Below the pieces are notes generated by a model that worked only from the letters and a program-made list of their open reading frames with translations, was not told the origin of the DNA and ran no database searches. The position numbers and the translations under genes were made by a program. A stretch of 63,849 bases of DNA, counting the filler, from Chiloscyllium plagiosum (Eukaryota), in the NCBI RefSeq assembly GCF_004010195.1. It is 6 parts of one record of this genome, joined end to end, with 100 filler letters (N's around TTAATTAATTAA, not from the genome) between each part and the next. Parts side by side here need not be neighbours in the genome. Positions count along the whole stretch, not along the records: positions 1 to 20,121 come from NC_057713.1; positions 20,222 to 34,837 come from NC_057713.1; 4 more parts are not named here. The stretch is one strand, 5' to 3'. Within the stretch, counting starts at the first letter, position 1. Every line of letters begins with the position of its first letter. Positions 12,885 to 25,059 of the stretch are shown piece by piece.

Positions 12885-13580
12885 AGCATAGAAACTAGAA
12901 GCAGGAGCTGACTGTTCAGCCCTTTGAACATGATCTGCTGTTCAAAATTATCCTCTATGTCATTCTCGTTTTTTCCCATTTCTCCTTTATGCCTTTAATA
13001 TCTATAAATTTACCTATTTCTTTCTTGAATATATCCAGTTACCTGCCCTCTACAAGAATTCTGCAGGTTCACGACCCTTTGAGTGAAGTAATATTTCCTC
13101 CTCTCTAAATATCCTGAGATTGTGTCTCCTAGTTCCAGACTTCCCAACCAGGAAAACATCCACCTGCATCTAGTCTGTCCAGCACTGTTAGAGTTTTATA
13201 CATTTCAGTCAGATCCACTTTCATTCCTCTAAACTCTAGTAAATACAGGCCCAGTCAAACTAATCTCTCCTCACAAGATCATGGTGTCAGCCTAGTGGAC
13301 CCCCACTGCACTTCCTCTATGGCAATTGTGTTCTTTTTCAGCAAGGATATCAAAACTGCACACAGCATTCTCAAGTGTGGTCTCATCAAGGCCCTGTGAG
13401 ACCTCTGAACTCAAATCCTCTTACAATGAAGGCTAACATACTATTCACCTTCCTAATCGCTTTCTGTACCTGCCTATTTACTTTTGTTGTCCTTTGTGCA
13501 TCCACACTTCCCAATATATCACCACTGAACTAATATTGTCTTTTTTTTTGCACTGAAAAGTAAATCTTCAGATTTAGCCA
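12885..13580 (-). mobile_element. CR1 LINE 3' fragment, old
   Basis: Tail CATAGAAACTAGAAGCAGGAG; AAAACTGCACACAGCATTCTCAAGTGTGGTCTCATCAAGGCCCTGT is the reverse complement of the RALMRPHLE.CVQF motif. Confidence 0.7.
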
Positions 13581-14977
13581 TCTATGTTGAAATCACTATC
13601 TGAAGCAAGCCAAAGCTTGTTCTTTTTTGATTGATGAGAAAATTGGAACTGTGATCTCCAGGAGTTTCTGATAAGGATCATTAAACATCTGAAAATGTTG
13701 GCACAAACAGTGAGTTTTGTATTACTGATGTGTACAGGTATAGGCCTCATTTAAAAGCCTTGCTGCAAGATTTCTCACTGTGCTAATCCAGTGAGAACCT
13801 GGCAAAAACAACTCAATTCCTAGGGCAGAATTTTACTTGAAAAATGAGGTGTCGGGGGGGAGGCCTGTAAAATTCTATGATTGACCTGTCCACTGACCTT
13901 CATTCCGGTTCACAATTTTATGAGCCTGAGTTGCCACTCTTAAGCAGGCAATCTTCAGGTGGACAGGAAAGGATGATGAGCAGGAGGGAGATCCAGAAGG
14001 TTATCCTGTGATACGACTTCACACAGAGAGAGAAGGGAGACCTCCTTTATCAGCTTAGCTCTTTTTCATCTCAGACAAAACATCAAAAGCTCTGTCCTTA
14101 TAGATACTCCAGTTGCCAGGGGCAAACGTCCCAACTCCATCCAATCAAAATTGAGCAAAATGGCTGCAATATCAGCGGAGATGCATTCATTGCTGACTTT
14201 TCAGATGGATGGAAGGGAATTCCCAACATTCAAAAAAAATTGTGCCTCTGATTTCCAAACTCTTACCTTTCTACCTTCACTGAATTAAAATGTTGGACAA
14301 TGTACAGTTTTCTGTGGAACTATCAGTTAGGTAGACTAAAATCTACTACTAGATCACTTGGCATCTGGTACAAAATATATTGAACCAACAGGAGTTCAAA
14401 TATAGCAACATAGGAGCAGGAGTAGGCCACTCAGGCCCCTGACTCTGTTCCAGCATTTGATTAAACCATGTCCAACCAATATTCTAACTGTGTCTACCCA
14501 CAACGACTATTAATCATTGCCAGGCGAAGATCTTGATTTTAAGAGTTTTAACTGGCCTATCCTAAACAGCTTTCACATTCCAGATTTCTACTGCCCTTTG
14601 AGCAAAGGTTTCTCCTAGCATCATTTAAATATCCCAACTATGATTTTGTTATACCCCCTTGCTCTAGGCTCCTGGAACCAAGCTTTCATCTATTTAACCT
14701 ACGATTTCTTTAATCATATGAAACACCTCAGTAAGATTATTTTAAGTCCTCCATACTCTAGAAAATACATGCCTCGAATATGCAACCTATCCCTCTCATT
14801 TAAGCCAATATCCTTTCTATTAGTTGAATTAGAATTGGGTCCAACAAATGGATGTGATGTATCTATAATGTGGATGATGTGCGTTAGCAAGCTTCCCATT
14901 TCTGTGCCTTAACTTGCTTTTCATTTTCAGCCTATATCACTGGCTAGATGCAATGCAAAATAGAGAACTGAATGTGG

Positions 14978-15300
14978 GAGAGCTGTTGGCGTAGTGGCAA
15001 TGTCACTAGGCTAGTAATCTCGAAACTCCAGGCTAATGTTCTGGGAGCATGGGTTTGAATGACACTGTGGGAAGATGGTTAAAGCTAAATTCAATAAAGA
15101 TCTGAAATTAAAAAGTGAGCCTAACGTCAATTATTGTTTGAAAATCCATCTTGTAGACCAATGACCTTTAAGGAAAGAAATCTGCTGTCTTTATCCAGTC
15201 TGTGATTGATTCAATTATAGCATTGTAGTGGTTCTCTGGACAGTTAGGGATGGATAATGAATGCCAGCCCAACCAGAGATATCCACATCCCATGAATGAA
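14978..15300 (+). mobile_element. SINE family B, near full length
   Basis: A box TGGCGTAGTGG, B-box-like GGGTTTGAAT, conserved body, tail ...CCACATCCCATGAATGAA. Confidence 0.75.
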
Positions 15301-16984
15301 TTTTTTAAAAATGTACGTTTCTCTCTGTCACTCACAGTGTCTCCAGCTACCAGCCCTCAGAGGTGCCTCACCAAAGCAACACCCAGAAACTGGGTCCATC
15401 GTTCTCCCAAATTAAAACTTAAGAAGTGAGGTATACCAGGCACCCTCCAATGGGCATCACAAATTATCATTGGAGCAGTGTGTTAGAACACGCTGGAACT
15501 TTCAAGCCTCTCAAGAAATGAATTAATTTCCAATAATCTTTTTGAAGATTGATTTGGTTACAAAATTATTACAAATGGAGGGTAGGAAAAATGGTAGACT
15601 GGATGGTTGGGCTGGGGGGGAACAGGTCATGTGGTTAAAGTCTCTCAGAATATGTCTGACCCACTTGGAAAACATTCTGACACCTATCTGCTTTAATTGC
15701 CACATTCGTGTACATTACACTTAAATTTCAGAAATCCTTGTTTGCTATGTTTCAAGAGTCTTTGATCTAGCTTCGAGTTCAATGAAAGTTGGACACCTGA
15801 TGATAACCCTTGAGGTCACATTCACCCATTTCTTCTTGCCAAGTAAATTTGAACTTTTGCTCAGCGTGTTGCAGGATCTGTTTGGCTTGTGTGGTCTAAA
15901 AGTGATTAAATAACTGCTGAGCTTCAGATTAGAAGCTACAGAATAATATAAACAAGAATGTAAGGTCATGACATCAGGGTAGAGAGAAAGCTTACATTTT
16001 CTGAAACTTCTAATGATTCTTTCTGAGCGACAGCCTTTGATAAAATCCCACCACTGATACCTAATACTTATTGTAACCAGTATACGTTTTCGATGGGATT
16101 GCAGCTGTCTTTTGCTGATTAGGACCTGTCAGGGAAATCAGTTAAACGATGGTTTAAATTTCTTTTTATCGTCTAAGTGAGAATGATGTACAGAGGGAAG
16201 GTGCTAAGGAGAGAGGGGCCTGAAATTGTCCTCCCTTTTTAGACCTATATTCGTCAGTGACTAATCATTTTCCAAACATTATATTATTTGCTTTAAAACC
16301 ATAAAGGAGTATGTGTTCACAGAAGACATTCATCATATCAAAAAGCAGTTAGAGCCTAGTTTATATCTGTTTGCACTTTAAATTTTCAGAAACAGATATA
16401 CCAATGGGGGAGTTCCAATGCTTTAAACAGGAAATAGTTTCAAGGTGCTTGCTAGGTGGAGGCAAAGGAAACCTCTCAATTGTGTCACAACATATGTCTT
16501 TTTTGTGAATTGAAGAACAGGATTGACAGAAGTTAGGGAGCAGCAAGTTCGACCAGCCACCATAATGCTGGACCAGGAACCGAAATAAATTTCTGGTTAG
16601 CACCATGTGGAGGAGCTGAATGTTTATATCATTGGTGACCAGTACACTCAATGCAAAGAGCCCTTATTAAGTATGTCAGTGAATGCCAAACAAAATGTAA
16701 TATGGATTAATACAAATTATATGTCTAGGAAAGGGAAACAAGCACTAAGGGATAGGGATTAAATGCTGTACAGTATAGGATTGTATACAGGAAAGGGAAT
16801 ATTGGTGGATAGTTGGCTTTAACCTTTCAAATATGTCTCCTGGACCTGACTCCCCAACCTACAGAAATAATTGCTCATCACTTTATCTATCTGGTCCTTA
16901 AAATCTTGTCAATTTTGATCAAACATCTACTTTACATTCTAACTTTTAGGGAATGCAACTCCAGTTTATGTGAAGAAAAGCTGT

Positions 16985-17195
16985 AAGAACTGCAGATGCT
17001 GGAAATCAAAAATAAAAACAGAAATGCTGGAAAAACTCAGCAGGTTTGGCAGTATCTGTGGAGAGAAATCAGAGTTATTGCTTCGGGTCCTTTGGATACT
17101 GGTCACTGGACCCAAAATATTAACTCTGATTTCTCTCCACAGATAATGCCAGACCTACTCAGCTATTTCAGTCTTGTTCCTAACTTACATAATCT
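16985..17195. mobile_element. Old fold-back PLE pLTR fragment
   Basis: CTGTGGAGAGAAATCAGAGTTA...GGGTCC is mirrored by GGACCC...TAACTCTGATTTCTCTCCACAG; begins with the pLTR terminus CTGCAGATGCTGGAAATC. Confidence 0.65.
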
Positions 17196-17844
17196 ATTCT
17201 CATAACTTAATAATTAGCACCAAGATATCATTCTGATAAATCGGCACTGCATCTCCTTCAAGGAAACACATCATTTTGAAGATGCAATGGCCAAAACAGT
17301 TTGCAGCATTGCGGATGTGATTTAACCAGAATTTTGTACAGATGAAACATAACTTCTTCACCCTTGTATTTTCATCTTTAGGTATTAAAAACATTTAATT
17401 TTTCTCTTTTAATTATTGTGCATATCTGTTCATGACATTTTAACAAACCATTTATCAATGCACAGAGTCTCTAAGAATCTCTGCTATTGCTAATTGTTCA
17501 TTATTTTGAATGTACCATTTTATTCATTCAAGTTTCAAAGTGGAGGATTTTATACTTTCCAACAAGGAAATCCATTTGCCACTGTTTTGCAGTTTTAATC
17601 ACTTTGTGATTTTATACTTTTGTTTACAATGTTTACAATAACACCCGTCTTTGTCATGGGAAATTTGTATGTATAATTTTCTATCTTCCTTCTTTCAAAT
17701 TATTAATATTTATGAATAAATGAGGTTCCAGCTCAGATCCTTACAGAACACCACTATTCACAGCCTTCAAATTAGAGTAGAGTAATGGCCAACTTCCAAT
17801 TTCCTAACAACCAATTTCCTCAGCAAGTTTTCAATTTTTTAAAA

Positions 17845-19312
17845 ATTCACTCATGGGACATGAGCATCACTGGCTGAGCTAATATTTATAACCTACCCCT
17901 AATTGCCTTTGAGAAGCTGGTGGTGAGCTGCCTTCTTGTACTGCTGCAGTCCATGTGCTGTAGCTGAACTCACTATGCCCTTAGGGAGGGACTTCCAGGA
18001 TTTTGACTTAATGAAAGTGAAGGAATGGCAATATATTTCCCAGTCAGGAACGTGAGTGGCTTAGAGGGGAACCTGCAGGTAGTGCTGTTCCCATCTATTG
18101 CTGTCCTTCTAGATGGAGTGGTCATGGGTTTAGAAGGTTCTGACTATGAATTGTTGGTGAATTTCTACAGTGCATCTTGTAGATGGTACATACTCCTTCT
18201 CCAGAGCATCGCTGGTGAAGGGAGTGGATATTTGTAGATGTGGTGACAATCAAGTGGGATGCTTTGTCCTGGATAGTGTCAAGCTTCTTCAGTGTTTAAT
18301 TTTTAATTAGATTCCCTACAATGTGGAAACAGGCCTTCGGCCCAACCAGTCCGCACCGACCCTCTGAAGGGTAACCCACCCAGACCCACTTCCCTCTGAC
18401 TAACGTACATGGCACTATGGGCAATTTAGCGTGGCCAATTCACTTGACCTGCACATCTTTGGACTGTGGGAGAAAACCGGAGCACCTGGATGAAACCCAT
18501 GCAGACACAGGGAGAACGCGCAAACTCCACACATACAGTCGCCCGAGGCTGGAATCAAACCTGGGAGCCTGGTGCTGTGAGGCAGCATGACTAACCACTG
18601 AGCCATCGTACCACCCCAATTGTTGGAGCCCATCCAGGCAAGTGGAGAGCATTCCATCACACTCCTCACTTGTGCTTTGTAGATGATCATCAGGCTTTGG
18701 AGAGTCACCAGGTGAGTTAATCTTTGCAATATTCCTAATCTCTGACCTATTTTTGTAGTCACTGTGTTTATGTGTCCAGTTGAGCTTCTGGTCAATAGTA
18801 ACCCTAAGGATGTTGATAGTGGGGGATTCAGTGATGATACATCATTGAATGTCAAAGGATGGTGGTTAGATTGTCACTGGTTGGAGATAGTCATTACCTG
18901 ACATGTGTGTGGTGCAAATATTATTTGCCACTGGTCAGCCCAAGCCTGAATATTGTCCAGATCTGGCTGCATTTCCTTAGTGCTAGGTGTGACCCCAGCG
19001 AATGGAGAGTTTGCTCCTTGGTTGATTCCAGTTTTGCTAGGGCTCTTTAATGCCACTCTCGGTCAAATGTGGCCTTGATGTCAAGTGCTATCTCTCTCGG
19101 GTTTCCCTGCCCGTGTTTAACCTGAAGCCATGAGACCTCATGGGTCCCAGAGTCAATGTTGAGGACTCCAAGGGCAATTCCGTCCTGACTATATATCACC
19201 GTGCCATCGCCTCTGCTGGGTCTATCCTGCCGGTGCGGTAGGACCTATCTCGGGATGGTGACAGTGATGTCTGGGCCATTGTCTGTCAGGTATGATTCCT
19301 TGAATTTGACTA
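17845..19312 (-). mobile_element. LINE family B 3' portion with nested HE1 SINE
   Basis: ORF 18415-18855 contains GQRLGILQRLTHLVTLQSLMIIYKAQVRSVMECSPLAWM; ORF 18874-19056 contains DLDNIQAWADQWQIIFAPHTCQVM (RT thumb). Confidence 0.75.
18305..18616 (-). mobile_element. HE1-like V-SINE, full length, nested in LINE B
   Basis: Reverse complement has the tRNA head, V-core and GGGCCGAAGGCCTGTTTCC tail. Confidence 0.85.
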
Positions 19313-19454
19313 TGTGATCAAAAGTATCAAACGATGTGAGTGAAGTGTCAACTGTTGAATAGCATGTAAAGAAATGACATATGATCCTATTAATAATTAT
19401 AAAAAGTCAAAAATAGAGATATAGGTCATTCCTCCATTTGCTATTCAGCTGTTG

Positions 19455-19750
19455 ACACTTTACTCATACCGTCTGACACTTTTGATCATCTGTAAAGACT
19501 TGTTATTCAGAATGTCGACACTCCATTCACACCATTTGTATTTATCTTTTGCCATTCATAATTATTTGGAATTATCCGACCATTACCTCTCTGTATATAA
19601 AGTCTGTGCCTGTGTGCTTCCCTCTACTTCATCTGGTAAAGGAGCAGTGTTATGAAAGCTTGTGATTTCAAATAAACCTGTAAGACCATAACCTTGTGTC
19701 GTGTGACTTCTGACTCTGTCTACCTCAGTCCAACACCGGCACCTCCAAAT
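19455..19750 (+). mobile_element. 3' end/pLTR of a further PLE family (family C), decayed
   Basis: Degenerate HHR-like CTGGTAAAGGAGCAGTGTTATGAAAGCT, then AAATAAACCTG...CAGTCCAACACCGGC, matching 24430-24520. Confidence 0.55.
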
Positions 19751-19779
19751 TTTTAAATTTATATTAGGGGAGTCTGTGA

Positions 19780-20121
19780 TCAAGCATCCTTTCTGTAATG
19801 GGGCAATCAGAATTGTACACAATATTCCAAGTGTGACCACACCAGTATTTTATATAGTTGCAGCATGATATTGCAGTTCCGGAACTCAATCCCTCTGCCA
19901 ATGAAATCTAACACACCGTATGCCTTCTTCACAGCACTATCCACCTAGGTGGCAACTTTCAGGGATCTATGCACATGGACTCCAAGATCCCTCTGCACAT
20001 CCACACTACCAAGAATCTTTCCATTGACCAAGTACTCTGCCTTCCTGTTATTCTTCCCAAAGTCACATTTAGCACATTTAGCTGCATTGAACTCCATTTG
20101 CCACCTCTCAGCCCAATTCTG
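19780..20121 (-). mobile_element. CR1 ORF2 fragment truncated by a gap
   Basis: Reverse complement encodes WQMEFN...LGVHVHRSLKVAT.VD...YGVL...RHTWNIVYNS-like segments, homologous to 45040-45760. Confidence 0.75.
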
Positions 20122-20221
20122 NNNNNNNNNNNNNNNNNNNNNNNNNNNNNNNNNNNNNNNNNNNNTTAATTAATTAANNNNNNNNNNNNNNNNNNNNNNN
20201 NNNNNNNNNNNNNNNNNNNNN
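20122..20221. other. Assembly gap with artificial TTAATTAATTAA linker (also 34838-34937, 47979-48078, 53820-53919, 61011-61110); plain N gaps at 10999-11228, 42154-42653, 52166-52566
   Basis: Each linker gap is exactly 44 N + 12 nt + 44 N; the 12-mer gives stops in all six frames. Confidence 0.97.
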
Positions 20222-21910
20222 ACTATGCCCATTACTGACCACTCACCTTCCCCCCCCCCCCCCCCCCCAACTCCCTATTACTGAGCTGGGTGACTTGAAT
20301 CTCTGGCTGCCAGCTCTAGGGAAATGAAGACCTGCTTTTTGGCTTCAAGCTCAGGGCCGAGACCTCTATTTCCCTCAGTCTGTTGTTTCCCCTAATCCGC
20401 CTGGTCCCAGCGTTGATTTTCAGTCAAAATGACTGCCCCCTCCCTACTCAAACAAACAGTCAACTAACCTAAACTGGCAGTGAACTCTGCTGAGTACAAC
20501 TGAAGGAGATGCAACAACTATGAACAATGTACTTGAAAACCAAAGCACTTTCCAATGTCTCCAGCTTGCTTGCTTCAGATATCCCATCAACGTCTTTATT
20601 TATGTTGCATCTCAGTGTCCTGTGAACAGGAACAGGAACAGTTTTGGGAAGTAGGTTAGCCTGCCTCCAAGTTTAATTAAATAAAAGTGACCTGCCTGCA
20701 ATCTCTACTGGTGATAAAATGTATCCCACACACAGACGTTGTGCCTGAAATCAGGATAGCTTTAATAGTGAAGATTACTTTTGAATAATTATGTGTGTGG
20801 CAGTGAATACAACATTACACAGAGCAGCCTATTTTAAACGAAGGCCATATTTGGTTTCTTGGTACACATTGACTTAATATAGAATCCAAGAATGATGCAG
20901 CATGAAAAGGAGACTACTCAAACTATTGTGCCCATGCCAGCTCTTTCTCAGTAGCTGTGCATTTCTTTCCTTTTCAAGCATACATCCAGTTCCCTTCTAC
21001 AATCTCCTTTCACTGTCTTTGCCGGCAGCTCACTCTGGATCATAACAATTCACTGAGCAAAATAGAAAAAAAAACTCCTCATCTCCTGTCTAATTCTTTT
21101 GCTAATTATTTTAAATTTGCATCACCCCGTTACTGATCATCCTGCCAACAGAACCAGTTTCTGCCTACCTGCACTATCAAAGCCCTTCTTAATTTTGAAC
21201 ACCTCAAATAAACTTCCACATAACCATCTCTGCTCTAAGGAGAACAATCCCAACTTTGCATGCTTCTCATATAGACACAGAGCTTTTACAGCATGGGAAG
21301 AGGCCCTTCAAGCCCATTGCACCAATACTGGTCAACAAGCATTTATCTATCTATTCCAATCCCATTTTCCACTTGGCCCCTAGCCTTGTATGGTATGGTG
21401 TTTCAAGTGCTCATATAAATAGTGCTTCAGTGTTTTGAAGGCTCCCATCTTGACCACCCTTTTAGGTGAAATTTTGTTTCCTCAAATCCTCTCTAAACCT
21501 GCTGTACTCCAAGTGATTGCAAATGGTTTCCGTTCCTGAATTCATTCACAAGTCAATTTGCATACAATTCAGAACACAATGCAAGACAACATAAGCAGCC
21601 ATTCACAAGTACAGGCAATGTTAGTATGTTGGATATTTACACTCCTACAGGGGACAGTATTTATAACTTTATGTTGTTTGTAAGTCTGATGCTTGTATAT
21701 TGGGGAACCCCTGTACACCTCAATCAGATGACCCCCTCAGCCTTCACTGGTCTCAGAAAAGCTAGCCCAGCCTGTCTATTTGAGATGAATCGCGCCAGCC
21801 CAGGAAATATCCTGATAGATTTCTTCTGCACTTTCTCCAGTCCAACAACATCCTTCCTATAGTTTGGCCATCAGAATTACACTCAGTACTGTTGCCTACC
21901 CAATATTTTA

Positions 21911-22392
21911 TTCTGGATTAGTGGTGCTGGAAGAGCACTGCAGTTCAGGCAGCATCCAAGGAGCAGTAAAATCGACGTTTTGGGCAAAAGCCCTTCATCA
22001 GGAATATAGGCAGAGAGCCTGAAGTGTGGAGAGATAAGCTAGAGGAGGGTGGGGGTGGGGAGAAAGAAGCATAGAGTACAGTTCTTCCTCCAGGCGTCTG
22101 GTGGTGAGGGAGCGGTGGTAAAGGAGGCCCAGGACCTCCATGTCCTCGACAGAGTGGGAGTGGGAGTTGAAATGTTGGGCCACAGGATTGATTGGTGCGG
22201 GTGTCCCGGAGATGTTCCCTAAAGCGCTCTGCTAGGAGGCATCCAGTCTCCCCAATGTACAGGAGACTGCATCGGGAGCAACGAATACAATAAATGATAT
22301 TAGTGGATGTACAGGTAAAACCTTGATGGATGCGGAAGACTCCTTTAGGGCCTTGGATGGAGGTGAGGGAGGCGGTGTGGGCGCAGGTTTAT
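21911..22392 (-). mobile_element. Neptune-type PLE 3' fragment (GIY-YIG plus pLTR), internally deleted
   Basis: Reverse complement encodes FTCTSTNIIYCIRCSRCSLLYIGETG...REHLRD...VAQHFNSHSHS...RRLEEE; pLTR HHR remnant at ~21974-22001. Confidence 0.85.
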
Positions 22393-23171
22393 GGAAACCC
22401 CTCTCCTCACTAAAATGTCTCACCTTACATTTCTCTACATCAGTTTCATCTACAGAGGATCATCAACTATCCGAACAAGATGGGTGGGCACTATTTCGTT
22501 CAGATAATTGATTATTCGGTTAATTGATTCAATGCCTCGCCTCTGGGGCTCAGAGTTTTCTGAAGTTTACTTTTGCCTTGCTCTTTCTGCCTTGCTCCCT
22601 CTCTCTGTCTCTTGTTTCTGAGCAGGCACACCCTTGTGTGTAAGAAACCTGCAGCATTGCTGAAACTTCCACCCCACCCCCACTCCTTTTTACTGCCACC
22701 TTTTGACAGGTTCCACCTTTGCCCTGTAGAGGACAATGTTGGAGAGATTATCTGGGGAAGGGGGGTTTAGTGTGGGGAGAGAGAGGGTGTGGGTAGTCAG
22801 TCATTTAGAGACAATGCCTGGGCTCCCATTGATGTCCAGGACTGTTCTCAGCAGCATTTCAGTAAGCCAGGTTCATTTTTAATTATTGTAAACAAAAGGT
22901 GCAATCAATGTTGAAACACCTCTTTGATGCACTGTTTCTACCGTGACCTTGAGATCTTCTTCGGATAATCTGAAATTCTGATAATTGATATCCGAATATT
23001 TGAGGTTCCTCTGTATATGTCTCTGCCTGTTTCAGCAGCACCCGTAGTCTCCTGAGGTTAGCTCCTCTCCTCCTTACTGTTTATCTCATTTCTGAGGTTA
23101 ACATTACCTGAAAACTTTGAAACGATGTCCCTTATATCCAAAGTTAAAAATCGCACAACACCAGGTTATAG

Positions 23172-24019
23172 CCTTGCCCCTTTACCTCTTCCATGCTCAC
23201 CATCCAAGCCCCAAACACTCATTTCAGATTAAGCAGCGTACCTCTTTCAATTTGGTCTATTGCATTCGTTGCTCCCAATGTGGTCTCCTCTATATCGGAG
23301 AGACAAAACGCCAACTGGGCGATCACTGTGCTGAGCACCTTCGATCTGCACGCAATCAGGTCCCGGACCTTCCTGTGGCTTGTCACTTCAACACACAATC
23401 CTGCTCCCATGCCCACATGTCTGTCCTTGGCCTGCTGCAATGTCCCAGTGAAGCTCAACGCAAACTGGAGGGACAGCATCTCACCTTCCGACTAGGCATG
23501 TTATAGCCTGCCAGTCTCAACACTGAATTCAACAACTTCAGATGATTATCCCATCTCGACCCCTCTGTTTTCATTCTGCTCCGTAATTTTATTTCATTTA
23601 TATTTTTTTCATTGTTCTGTACCTCTTATTTCTTGATTATCTCTCTTTCTCTCGCTCCCCACTCTCTCATCACCTTTTTCCTCTCCTCTTCCCCTTTTGC
23701 TACTCTTCTCCCCGTTTTCCATTTTGCCTCTGCTTCACCCATCCCCCCCCATCCCCCACATATTTTGTCACAGCCTTGGTCATTCACAGCTCCTAATCTC
23801 CCTATAATCTCTCTATGCACTGTCATTATTACCCCTTTATTGCGACCTTTGCTTCTGGAGCCATGACTCACCTTCTCTCAGCCTAGTATAAATACCTCCC
23901 TATTTCTCCCCTTTTTTTAGCTTTGACAAAGGGTTAGTTAGACTCGAAACGTCAGCTCTTTTCTCTCCTTACAGATGCTGCCAGACCTGCTGAGATTTTC
24001 CAGCATTTTCTCTTTTAGT
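23172..24019 (+). mobile_element. Neptune-type PLE 3' fragment (GIY-YIG, 3' UTR, pLTR) with 12-bp TSD
   Basis: ORF 23117-23506 contains NLVYCIRCSQCGLLYIGETKR...EHLRS...VACHFN; ACCAGGTTATAG is duplicated at 23160-23171 and 24020-24031. Confidence 0.9.
23919..23957 (+). ncRNA. Minimal type-I hammerhead ribozyme motif, U3-A8 core variant
   Basis: AGCU-UUGACAA-A-GGGUU-AGUUA-GACUC-GAAA-CGUC-AGCU: stem I AGCU/AGCU, 5-bp stem II, palindromic ACGU in place of stem III. Confidence 0.65.
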
Positions 24020-24085
24020 ACCAGGTTATAGTCCAATAGGTTTATTTGGAAGCACTAGCTTTCGGAGCGCCACTCCAACGACCTG

Positions 24086-24425
24086 ATAGAACATAGAACA
24101 TAGAAGAATACAGCGCAGTACAGGCCCTTCGGCCCTCGATGTTGCGCCAATCCAAGCCCACCTAACCTACACTAGCCCACTATCCTCCATATGCCTATCC
24201 AATGCCCGCTTAAATGCCCATAATGAGGGAGAGTCCACCACTGCTACTGGCAGGGCATTCCACGAACTCACGACTCGCTGAGTAAAGAACCTACCCCTAA
24301 CATCTGTCCTATACCTACCCCCCCTTAATTTAAAGCTATGTCCACTTGTAATAGCTGACTCCATACGTGGAAAAAGATTCTCACTGTCGACCCTATCTAA
24401 ATCCCTAAACCCCTAATCATCTTGT
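24086..24425 (-). mobile_element. Young CR1 3' end with (TTCTATG)n tail
   Basis: ORF 24167-24364 reads GHSFKLRGGRYRTDVRGRFFTQRVVSSWNALP; nearly identical to 34655-34837. Confidence 0.9.
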
Positions 24426-25059
24426 AATGGAAGCTAGTATTTCCAAATAAACCTATTGGACTATAACCTGGTATTGTATGATTTTTGACTTTGTCCACCC
24501 CAGTCCAACACCGGCTCCCTCAAGTTCTGGTTTTATATCCAAGTACAGGATATTAATAAGTAGGAGAAAGATAAGTTCTTTCATACCAATTTCTGATGGC
24601 GCCATATATTTAAATTCCTCTAAAATCAACTATTCATCATTAATGTGTGCTTTCTGTCTTGTAGCCAATTTCATAACCAACCTCCTACTGTCACATTAAT
24701 CCATAAATTGTTAAATGTTTACAAGCATGTTAACTAAATGCTGCAGAGACAAATTATAGGACCCTACAACCCAGGATGTCAGTTAGCTCCTCTTCTGAAT
24801 CTACTCTTCCAAAAGAACACTAGCCCTTTTCTCTACAGCCCTTTAAATTTCTCAGAACAGCTATTCCACTTTGCACAGCTACACAGCAGTACAGGTGAGA
24901 GAGAGAGGGGTCATGGTGAGGGAGGGGAAGTTGAAGGGGGAAGAGCACTAGGAATATCTCTGCAGGATTGAGGATAACTAGAACATGATAAGCTATTGCT
25001 TCTCATTATAGGTGTCTGAGTGGTCTATGGTGTGAAAGGCAGAGAATCACAGGAGCAGA

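Noticed and set aside
13823..14247. Possible non-autonomous DNA transposon with GGGCAGAATTTT-like ends
   Set aside because: Only about 10 of 12 terminal bases match and there is no clear TSD; insufficient without a repeat library.
15996..16060. Possible minus-strand exon, and similar candidates at ~7004-7046 and ~43920-44002
   Set aside because: Weak splice signals or early stops and no recognisable peptide.
20166..20177. TTAATTAATTAA palindrome recurring five times
   Set aside because: Always centred in a 44N+12+44N gap, so it is an artificial six-frame-stop linker. Adjacency across these gaps is also unproven.
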